A stretch of DNA of 24,771 nucleotides from a virus (lineage: Duplodnaviria > Heunggongvirae > Uroviricota > Caudoviricetes): IMG/VR virus record IMGVR_UViG_2547132278_000006. One strand, given 5' to 3'. Every line of letters begins with the position of its first letter. Positions within the stretch are counted from its first letter, which is position 1. A program made the position numbers and the translations under genes. The notes beneath the pieces were generated by a model. It saw only the letters and a list, made by a program, of their open reading frames with translations, was not told where the DNA came from and did not search any database. This document shows, piece by piece, positions 17,399 to 24,771 of the stretch.

Positions 17399-18229
17399 TT
17401 ATTTCACTGTAATGAAAGGAGTGTTAGCCCCTTGAGTCATGTACTGCGGTAACTGGCCATTCCATTTATTGATGGCTTCCAGCTCCATAACGTTCGGGTT
17501 TTGACGCAGAGCTTCACCGCGCAGACGAATGGCGTCTGCTTCTGCTTGCGCACGAGCACGGATAGCATCAGCTTCACCATTAGCCTGTTCACGTAGCATA
17601 TTCGCCTCAGCTTTACGCTGTTCAACTTCCTGCTGGCGTTGCAGAGTACGCTGGTTAGCCGTTACTTTGGCGTTGATAGATTCAATGACGGTTTTTGGGT
17701 AATCAGGCTTTCCAACCCATGACAGGCTCAGTACCTCAATACCAACCGGAGACATCTCTTTCTGAATGTCTTTCAGTGCGTTGTCCAGCAATTGCGCCTT
17801 ACCACCGTCGATAAATGAGTCAGTGGTCATACGGCTGGCCAAACGGTTTAGAGAGTCGGCAATTTTCTGACGCAGATCTGATTCGGTGATATCGTCTACG
17901 CCTTTGCGATAGGTCTGGAACACCGTCGTTACCTTGTCACGATTAACCAGATACGCAACGCCAATTTTGTGACCAATAGCAGTACCGTCACTCATCTGGA
18001 ATGTGAACGGCTCGTCGTAGGTCTTCATTTGTTTGAAGGTCGGGAATACGTAAAGTTCGGTGTTAAGACCTGTCCATTGGCGACCAACGCCAACCACTTC
18101 ACCGATCCCTTTGTCTTCACCTAATTTGTTTACTTTGATGCCAACGTATCCAGGCTCCACGCGATCACAGCCAGTAAGACCCATTGTGCAAATAGCCGCC
18201 AGAGCAACTGCAAGTAAACCTTTCTTCAT
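17399..18229 (-). CDS. SPFH/band-7 (prohibitin/HflC-like) lipoprotein
   Basis: Signal peptide with lipobox MKKGLLAVALAAICTMGLTGC; SPFH-like core and an Ala/Glu/Arg/Gln-rich coiled-coil tail (QRQQEVEQRKAEANMLREQANGEADAIRARAQAEADAIRLRGEAL) typical of HflK/C-type proteins. Confidence 0.75.
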   Translation of the reverse strand: MKKGLLAVALAAICTMGLTGCDRVEPGYVGIKVNKLGEDKGIGEVVGVGRQWTGLNTELYVFPTFKQMKTYDEPFTFQMSDGTAIGHKIGVAYLVNRDKVTTVFQTYRKGVDDITESDLRQKIADSLNRLASRMTTDSFIDGGKAQLLDNALKDIQKEMSPVGIEVLSLSWVGKPDYPKTVIESINAKVTANQRTLQRQQEVEQRKAEANMLREQANGEADAIRARAQAEADAIRLRGEALRQNPNVMELEAINKWNGQLPQYMTQGANTPFITVK

Positions 18230-18232
18230 TAC

Positions 18233-18433
18233 TTATTTCCCCTTTGCTTTGATTAATGAGTTGATAAACTTACGACCAGCAATAAGACCGATTACAGGAG
18301 CACCAAAACCAACGATAACTCCAAACATGACGGCTAAATCACTCTTGGTAGAAATCAGCGACGGAACCAGTAAACCGTAGATGAGAGCCACTGAAACGCC
18401 TGTGGCTACTGCCAATAGATAGATTTTGATCAT
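18233..18433 (-). CDS. small two-TM membrane protein (66 aa), cotranscribed upstream partner of the SPFH lipoprotein
   Basis: Two hydrophobic helices; stop 3 nt before the SPFH start; conserved initiation cassette (CCACATAGGAAAACAC-ATG) upstream. Confidence 0.6.
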   Translation of the reverse strand: MIKIYLLAVATGVSVALIYGLLVPSLISTKSDLAVMFGVIVGFGAPVIGLIAGRKFINSLIKAKGK

Positions 18434-18462
18434 GTGTTTTCCTATGTGGTTGTTATGCGAAA

Positions 18463-18491
18463 ATAATAAGTAAGTACTTATATATTTTCAA
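18463..18491 (-). promoter_or_regulatory. sigma70-like promoter for the small-TM/SPFH operon
   Basis: Minus strand TTGAAA-N17-TATTAT (5/6 and 5/6 to consensus), about 30 nt upstream of the ATG at 18433; the spacer holds the near-palindrome ATATATAAGTACTTACT. Confidence 0.45.
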
Positions 18492-18492
18492 G

Positions 18493-18522
18493 AGATAAAA
18501 AAGGCGTCCTGTGGACGCCTTG
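18493..18522 (-). terminator. rho-independent terminator
   Basis: Minus strand: AGGCGTCC-ACA-GGACGCCT followed by TTTTTTATC; 4 nt downstream of the recA-like stop; same stem sequence as the terminator at 17357. Confidence 0.6.
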
Positions 18523-18525
18523 TGT

Positions 18526-19599
18526 TTACTCTTCTACTGACTCGGTGGGGTTGTCTTTTGCTCTTCGGTCGTCGATTGCCTGCAAAGCCGCAATGATTTC
18601 AGCCAGTGGCTTCTCCCGATACATCTCGACGATCTGCGATTTGGTGTATTTCTTGTCACCAATTTCAACTCGCCCGCTGGCGTTCTTTGGCAGGTATCCT
18701 TCTTCCAGCATGTACTCGACGAGCGATTCGATAACGTCGAGGCCACGAGTAGGATCGAAGTAGAATTTCCAGGTGCATTTGCCATACGGTGGTGCAACTT
18801 TGTTTTTGATGCATTCTGCGCCTACGTCCTGGCCGATCTTCTCTTTACCATCCTTCATCACCGATGCACCAAGACGGATACGTACAGAAGCGTAGAACTT
18901 CGGTGAATCTCCACCTGGCGACGTAGTAGGGTCGCCAAACATTACACCGATTTTTGTGCGAACCTGATTCAAGAAGATGATGCAGGCGTTGTATTTGCGT
19001 GCCCACAAAGCCAGAGTAGGGAAGTTCGCACTTGTCGCACGAGCCAGTGCCGTATTGTCGTTCATGTTTAGCTGATCTTTGTCTTTGGCAGTGCCTTCAG
19101 CCATCTTTTCGAACTTCTCGGCTTTGGAGTTCGGAACCATAGACGCAAGTGAGTCAGCCACGATACAGATAGGTGCTGATTCAGGGATAAGCTCTTCATC
19201 ACGTACCAATTTAAGTATTGTGCCGATCAACTCTACAGAGTCTTCGAAGGTGTCAGGCTGCTTGTATACCCACTGACCGTCATCCTCATCTGCGTTCAGG
19301 CCATTGGCTACAGCCAGGCCAACGTCAAAACTGTTTTCATGATCGAGGAATACCGCCAGACCATCTTGTTTTTGAGCGGAGATCATCGCTGCTGTTGCAA
19401 GGAACGTTTTCCCTGCACTTGGAGGACCGAATACTTCGACGATACGACCACATGGGAAGCCGCCATCGTAACGACCAGAAATAGCTTTGTTTAACGGTGG
19501 AAAGCCTGTATCAATCCAATGAGTTACTTTCTGAATTTCGTCGTTGCTACCGATTTTCTTTTTCAGAGCAAGTGCCAGTGCGGATTTTCCTTTTGCCAT
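18526..19599 (-). CDS. recA: RecA-family recombinase
   Basis: Walker A GRIVEVFGPPSAGKTFLA; FLNQVRTKIGVMFGDPTTSPGGDSPKFYASVRIRLG is near-identical in pattern to recalled E. coli RecA ([36 protein letters not shown]). Confidence 0.9.
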   Translation of the reverse strand: MAKGKSALALALKKKIGSNDEIQKVTHWIDTGFPPLNKAISGRYDGGFPCGRIVEVFGPPSAGKTFLATAAMISAQKQDGLAVFLDHENSFDVGLAVANGLNADEDDGQWVYKQPDTFEDSVELIGTILKLVRDEELIPESAPICIVADSLASMVPNSKAEKFEKMAEGTAKDKDQLNMNDNTALARATSANFPTLALWARKYNACIIFLNQVRTKIGVMFGDPTTSPGGDSPKFYASVRIRLGASVMKDGKEKIGQDVGAECIKNKVAPPYGKCTWKFYFDPTRGLDVIESLVEYMLEEGYLPKNASGRVEIGDKKYTKSQIVEMYREKPLAEIIAALQAIDDRRAKDNPTESVEE

Positions 19600-19601
19600 G
19601 A

Positions 19602-19874
19602 TCAGGCTCCTTTTGTTTCGTTGATTCGTTTTAAAGCGGCGGATTCATCGAATACAATCGCATCGTGGTTAAGGAGTCTGGATACACGAGCGAGGATTTT
19701 TACGACCTGCTCGCTGACTAATCCAAACTCGCGATCTGTCGCTTTCATTCCGGCAGCGCCTAGAATTGACGGCAGTGCGATGACAGCGTACTCACCGTGA
19801 TAAAAGACAATCTCTTTTGCCAGTTGGGCAGGGGTGGTTGTAGCGCCATTGATAATCGATTTAAGCATTAGCAA
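19602..19874 (-). CDS. hypothetical protein (90 aa)
   Basis: ORF between the FEN and recA-like genes, overlapping the FEN 3' end by 7 nt; no motif. Confidence 0.45.
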   Translation of the reverse strand: MLMLKSIINGATTTPAQLAKEIVFYHGEYAVIALPSILGAAGMKATDREFGLVSEQVVKILARVSRLLNHDAIVFDESAALKRINETKGA

Positions 19875-20812
19875 TACCTTTCGAATGGAAGAACAAACAC
19901 TTCAAGGTCTTCAAGGAACGAACGGAAATTCAGCTCGTAGCACAGTTGCTCGAATGCTTTCACGTCACGATTGCCTTTGATTGTTTCGATTTCGGTAGGC
20001 GGAAACTTCGTCTCAATCAGGTTCATTAGCGTGATGTTTCTCTTGAACGCTTCGAGCATTCGACAGCCTGTTTTCTCGTTGAAGGCATTCTTCGCTAGTT
20101 TGTTGAAGGCGGTCTTATGGCGTCCTTTGTCAACCACGATTGAGCCGTCGTTGATGCCGCGTACCATCGTTGCGACACTTCCCCATTCATGCAGCAGCTC
20201 TTTCGCACCGCCAGCACCAATGCCACCAACACCGCTAATATTGTCCGATTTATCGCCTTGTAATGCTTTTGCTTCCAAAAATGCGCGAGGAGTAGCGAAT
20301 CCTGTCAGCTCCGCAAATTGCTCAAAATTAACCTGCTTGTTTTTGGCGTCTTCGCGCAGGCTTACCCAGCTTACGTTTTCGCGAACTAACTGAAGCCAGT
20401 CGCTATCGCCTGTTAACAGATAGATGTGTTCAACGATTGGCTGCGGTGCAATGCTGGCTACCAGCAGCCCGGCCAGATCATCCGCTTCTGCATCTTTTGC
20501 AATGAGTTGGGTAACTCCAAGCGCGGTCATCATTTTGAGGATGTATGGCTTCTGGATAGCAAAGCCTTCCTTCATCTTTTTCATATCAGGATCGTCGTCG
20601 CGATTTGCTTTGTAGTCCGGGTAAAAGTCGCGACGCTTGTCACTAAATCCATCCCAAAGAATCATAGGTCGGGCATGGAGGATGGAGGCATAACGACGGA
20701 CGTTCTTAACAAAGCCGAAAGCAGCCTGTACTTCCATTTCGCCGTTGTGCAATTTGTCAGATTGTTGGTGGTAATAACCCAGGCTATTGCCATCTACGAA
20801 GAGATAATTCAC
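19868..20812 (-). CDS. flap endonuclease / 5'-3' exonuclease (T5 D15 / T4 RNase H family)
   Basis: YLFVDGNSLGY, AKDAEADDLAGLL, TGDSDWLQLV and H3TH-like GDKSDNISGVGGIGAGGAKELL. Start is uncertain: the ORF track starts at GTG 20863, but that places a strong terminator hairpin inside codons 2-9; GTG at 20812 follows the hairpin and has GGAAGGAA upstream, so it is preferred here. Confidence 0.85.
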   Translation of the reverse strand: MNYLFVDGNSLGYYHQQSDKLHNGEMEVQAAFGFVKNVRRYASILHARPMILWDGFSDKRRDFYPDYKANRDDDPDMKKMKEGFAIQKPYILKMMTALGVTQLIAKDAEADDLAGLLVASIAPQPIVEHIYLLTGDSDWLQLVRENVSWVSLREDAKNKQVNFEQFAELTGFATPRAFLEAKALQGDKSDNISGVGGIGAGGAKELLHEWGSVATMVRGINDGSIVVDKGRHKTAFNKLAKNAFNEKTGCRMLEAFKRNITLMNLIETKFPPTEIETIKGNRDVKAFEQLCYELNFRSFLEDLEVFVLPFERYC

Positions 20813-20825
20813 CGGTACATTCCTT

Positions 20826-20858
20826 CCAAAAAGTAAGGCGTCCGTAGACGCCTTACTG
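20826..20858 (-). terminator. rho-independent terminator downstream of the SSB gene
   Basis: Minus strand: GTAAGGCGTC-TACG-GACGCCTTAC followed by TTTTTGG; 15 nt after the SSB stop; shares the AAGGCGTC/GACGCCTT stem core with the terminators at 17357 and 18493. Confidence 0.55.
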
Positions 20859-20872
20859 GTCACGTAATGGGA

Positions 20873-21901
20873 TTACAGAGAGTCCAGCTCTCTCAGTAGG
20901 TCATCCAGACCTTCATCTTCCGTCGCAGATGCGGCTGCTACAGATGTCGCTGCGACTGCTTCAGACTCTTTGACTGATACTGCAACGGCAGCGGGACTTG
21001 CTTCTGGTTTAAATTCAGTTTCAACGGCACGGAGGATTTCTTCATCAACCAGACTGGTTGGTTCAGAAGCTGGGGTATGAGCGGTAGCTACAGCAGTCGC
21101 ACCCTCCGTATGACCAGTGACAGAGCCAAATCCAGGTAGTGCCGCAGCCGATGTTTTCGCGGTTGAGGAAATTGCTGGTGCAGATGCTGCGGCAGTTGGT
21201 GCAGCGATGCCAATCAGACGACCCATAGTGCGAACTGTCGACAGAAGACGAGTTTCATCAGCTTGATTTGCGTATGCGATCAGATCATGCTGGGTATTCC
21301 AGAATTTATCTTCGATATCGCCTTTGTAGACTTTACGCTTAGGCGAGACGTCATATTTGGTATCGCGACCAGAGCCAGTACGTTTAATCAGGAATGCGTA
21401 GCCTTCCTCTTTGCTCAGTGGATTGCCGATATCATCAGCGATGTCTTCGGTGATTGCTTTGCAGATATCATCGAATACAGTAGACGGCAGCTCGATTAAC
21501 TGGCATTTCTCAGCATCTGCGAAATCCTCACGAGCAGAAAGAATGCCGTTGACCAGGTAGCGAGGAGTGGCACGCATTTGACCGATGCGTTCTTCCATTG
21601 CTTTGTTACCCTTGTGACGAGCGCGACCTTCCATCACCATTTCGCATAGCTGACAAGCGCGACCGTGAGTATGTTGCTCACAAATATAAGCGTTGGTTGC
21701 TTCTTTACCTTCCTCGTTCTGATACTTAACGTAGTGCATACCGAAAGTCTGGAAGAACTTACCGTTTGGGTCGTCTTTATTCGGGAAGATGCGGATATAG
21801 TTGACGCCGTCTTTTAAGCGAGTCAGATCAACGTTGTTACCACGTTTGGCGGCAATGTCTTCACGAGTTTTGTTAAGCAAATCAAGTAATGTCTTAGACA
21901 T
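20873..21901 (-). CDS. gp32-like single-stranded DNA-binding protein
   Basis: IRIFPNKDD matches T4 gp32 IRFLPSKND; Zn-ligand pattern H...C...C-x2-C (CEQHTHGRACQLCEM); Ala/Thr/Ser-rich low-complexity linker; acidic C-terminal tail (EDEGLDDLLRELDSL, compare gp32 DDIDNLLNEI). Confidence 0.75.
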   Translation of the reverse strand: MSKTLLDLLNKTREDIAAKRGNNVDLTRLKDGVNYIRIFPNKDDPNGKFFQTFGMHYVKYQNEEGKEATNAYICEQHTHGRACQLCEMVMEGRARHKGNKAMEERIGQMRATPRYLVNGILSAREDFADAEKCQLIELPSTVFDDICKAITEDIADDIGNPLSKEEGYAFLIKRTGSGRDTKYDVSPKRKVYKGDIEDKFWNTQHDLIAYANQADETRLLSTVRTMGRLIGIAAPTAAASAPAISSTAKTSAAALPGFGSVTGHTEGATAVATAHTPASEPTSLVDEEILRAVETEFKPEASPAAVAVSVKESEAVAATSVAAASATEDEGLDDLLRELDSL

Positions 21902-22018
21902 GTGTTTCTCCTTGTTGTGATTTGGCCGATGGCGCTATGCGCGTTGGGCTTTCGTTCATTCGTGGCTCTTTCGAGCTGTTAAATGATAGATCAGTACTTA
22001 CTTATTATCTATCAAAAA

Positions 22019-22450
22019 TCAACGGGGAGTAATAAAGCGTTCAGAGCCTAATCGCTCTAATTCAACGATGGCCATCTTTGACGCCTGAACGATCATGTCT
22101 CGGCGATGCGAAAAGGCGGCGACAGCATGTTTGTATATGTCTGCGATGTGCCGTGCTTCATCCAACTTCTGCCTTTTAGACAGATACTGTGGGTTTGTTT
22201 TAACCTTAGCGTCCAGTACAGATTCGTTGAACTTAATGCCGTTCATACTCAAGTTCTTACGCTCTGTGTCGTATAGCTTTGCTTCAACAGCTTCAAGGTT
22301 AAGTTTTGCCTCTGCGACACTTCTTTCTGCATGAGCGAGTTTTGAGCCATACTCCATTAAAAGGCGGGGTTGTCTACGCCAGACTTCCTCCAGATTGTCT
22401 CGGTCAAACTCGAGATCAGACATTATTTTCTCGTAAATATCGGTGATCAT
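22019..22450 (-). CDS. hypothetical protein, possibly UvsY-like recombination mediator
   Basis: 143 aa (T4 UvsY is 137 aa); LLMEYGSKLA...AEAKLNLEAVEAKLYD loosely parallels recalled UvsY LYSKWL...AQKKVALKARLDYY; sits next to the gp32-like gene in a RecA/Mre11/Rad50 context. Functional call is weak. Confidence 0.45.
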   Translation of the reverse strand: MITDIYEKIMSDLEFDRDNLEEVWRRQPRLLMEYGSKLAHAERSVAEAKLNLEAVEAKLYDTERKNLSMNGIKFNESVLDAKVKTNPQYLSKRQKLDEARHIADIYKHAVAAFSHRRDMIVQASKMAIVELERLGSERFITPR

Positions 22451-22482
22451 GTGCTTTCCTTTTTACTTATCATCTTATATTG

Positions 22483-22520
22483 ATTATATCATTGTGATGA
22501 TAAGGCAAGGAGTTCGAGGA
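22483..22520 (-). promoter_or_regulatory. candidate promoter with extended -10 (TGATATAAT) upstream of the UvsY-like gene
   Basis: Minus strand TTGCCT-N14-TATAAT with TG at -15/-14; -10 hexamer at 22483-22488, about 30 nt upstream of the ATG at 22450. Confidence 0.4.
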
Positions 22521-22544
22521 TAGGGGATATGAGGGGATAAGAGA

Positions 22545-22569
22545 AAACATGGCCATAGAGGCCATGTTT
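22545..22569 (-). terminator. stem-loop downstream of the polymerase gene
   Basis: AAACATGGCC-ATAGA-GGCCATGTTT, a 10-bp perfect stem 7 nt after the polymerase stop; the 3' tract is only moderately T-rich. Confidence 0.4.
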
Positions 22570-22575
22570 ATGGGA

Positions 22576-24485
22576 TCACGACTTAATAGTTTCTGCTACG
22601 TCGGCTAATATCGCTTCTAGTCGTTCTCCCTCTTCAGGTCTGAAGTAAAGAATGTTGGGGTTAAACCCGTAAAAGACAGTAACGTCAAGGTCTGGAAGAT
22701 ACTCCTTCCTGCCGACCAAATCGGATGGCTTGTTTTTGTTGTTAAACAATGCCGTTGCCCGGCTGCCACACGTCAGCACATAGGTCGGACGCACCAGATT
22801 GATCTCTTCACGTATAAAGTCGGTGAACTGGCCGATCTCGTCTTTGGTGTAGTCTTTTTCTTTGTCTTTAACCTTCTTGCAAACGCCTGTGACATAGAGA
22901 TCGCCCATGCGTAAATCTCCAGCCGTCAATAGCTTGGCCTTAAAGTCGTCGTATCCGTTCTCCATAAAGTAACCGGTTCGAGCATCATTGCCGTTCGCAT
23001 TGTCCAGAATGATCATGATTTTCGGCTTAATACCAATGCTGGGGCGGATTAGTTCATCACCTAAGCCCATTTCAGCCGCCATCCGCGTCATGAGTACGTT
23101 AATTTCAGCCGAACGTTTGGGGTTCATCTCAAACGGACGTGAGGCTTTAACTGCGTCTATGACAAGGTTTCCCATCAATTCAGCCTGGTCGCGTAGGCGC
23201 TCTGGATCAGTTGCTGGCAGACTGCCTGGCTCGATGGATGCAAACGCCCCTACTTTTTGCAGCGATTCGCGCACTCGACTATTACAGGCACGTTTCTCGA
23301 CAGCTTCTTCGAATTGCGCCAGTGACTCGAATTTGCCGCCAACTTTTTCTCGCGCTCTCATGATGGCTTGGCAGCCATTCTCAGAACACCCCTTCACAGC
23401 AGAGAAGGGCGCATACAGCACCTGGCTGCCATCTTCAAGCGTGCGGATCTCGATTCGGTTAGATGACACGTTAACGTCTGGTGGCAATACGCGAATGCCA
23501 TAGGTCAGCGCATCTTTAACCAGCCCCTGGTGTTTATCTTCGCCAAGAATAGTGAGAGCAGCAGCGAAAAACTCTGCGGGATAATGAGTTTTCAACCACA
23601 TAGATTGATAACTGATTAAGGAGTAAGCAACAGAGTGTGATTTGTTGAACTGGTAGGCACCATTCTTTTCGAATGCGGTCCAGATCTCCTTCGCTTTCAT
23701 CTCTGATAGCCCTGGATGTGACGCTGTAACGCGTACTGCGTTTATAGGTAGTTTTGCGCCGTACTCAAGTGCCTCTTCGACAGTTTTCAGAGTTCCGTCT
23801 TCGCATTTAAAATGTTCCGCACGGTGAATGCGCTGTGTAGTGCCATCTTCCAGCTCAACGTCTATCCAGCCAGCTTGAGCCTGAACGATGAACTTCTCGC
23901 CCATGCTCTTCATTTTTTCCATGTCTTTTTTGCCGATCGCTTTACGAACGCCGTCAGCTTCAGCCATTGTGAAGCCAGCAAGCAATCGAGTCGCGTTCAT
24001 CGTCTGTTCCTGATAGAGAATCACGCCATTTGTTTCTGCGGTAAGTTCATCAAGAACGGGGTGTAATGATTCCGGCGTCATAAAGCCTTTGGCTACAGAA
24101 ACATAGTCATCCAACATGCCTGACTGAATTGGCCCCGGCCGGAAGAGCGCAGTCGTAGCAACAACCGTTTTAAAGCTCATTGGCTCAATTCCACCACCTA
24201 AATCTTTAAGCAGCTTGCGCATTGGGCCTGATTCAAGCTGGAAAACACCTTGAGTGTACCCAGCAGCAAAACCATCCAGCACCTTGCGATCTTCAAGAGA
24301 AATGGCATCAAGATTGATATCTTCACCTGTGTTCTCTTTTATGTAGCGTTTTGCACTATCGAGCAAATCGAGAGTTGCCAGGCCAAGCACGTCCAGCTTA
24401 ATTAGGCCCATAGCCTCGCAGTAACGCTTGTCAAATGCGATACAACGCGCGTCACCACGGCGCTCAACCGGTGTACGTTCTGTCA
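22576..24485 (-). CDS. dnaE: DnaE-type (Pol III alpha-like, family C) DNA polymerase, 5'-truncated at the IS junction; C-terminal uracil-DNA-glycosylase-family-4-like domain
   Basis: IAFDKRYCEAMGLIKLDVLGL, GVFQLESGPM, ALFRPGPIQSGM, GVILYQEQ and FNKSHSVAYSLISYQSMWLKTHYPAEFFAAALT match the E. coli DnaE palm/fingers from about residue 530 onward; the first ~500 residues are missing. The ORF-track 'start' at 24513 lies inside the IS terminal repeat (IS end at 24486), so the first 9 codons are IS-derived. Confidence 0.75.

Positions 24486-24771
<286 letters not shown>

Overview
This 24.8-kb window is a densely packed, almost entirely minus-strand block of phage-type DNA-metabolism, recombination and replication genes, bracketed by two inverted copies of an IS21-family insertion sequence (IstB C-terminus plus terminal repeat at 1..326 and 24486..24771). 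Gene content, in minus-strand order, is: a 5'-truncated DnaE-type polymerase, a UvsY-like protein, a gp32-like SSB, a flap endonuclease, RecA, an SPFH lipoprotein cassette, several small acidic/secreted/membrane proteins, an Mre11/Rad50 pair, a RuvC-like resolvase, NrdA/NrdB, a MazG-like protein, ThyA, a HAD-like protein, DHFR, a P-loop kinase and a truncated DEDD exonuclease. Embedded in this block is a complete plasmid-type, iteron-controlled replicon: tandem DnaA boxes and a GATC cluster, 5 phased iterons, a plus-strand repA, then a 12-iteron array. The combination points to a phage-plasmid, or a degraded prophage that now replicates as a plasmid. Both IS copies abut truncated replication genes. 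All calls rest on reading the sequence and on motif recognition from memory; no database search was run. Several start codons in the supplied ORF track are GTG rather than ATG, so some 5' ends are approximate.
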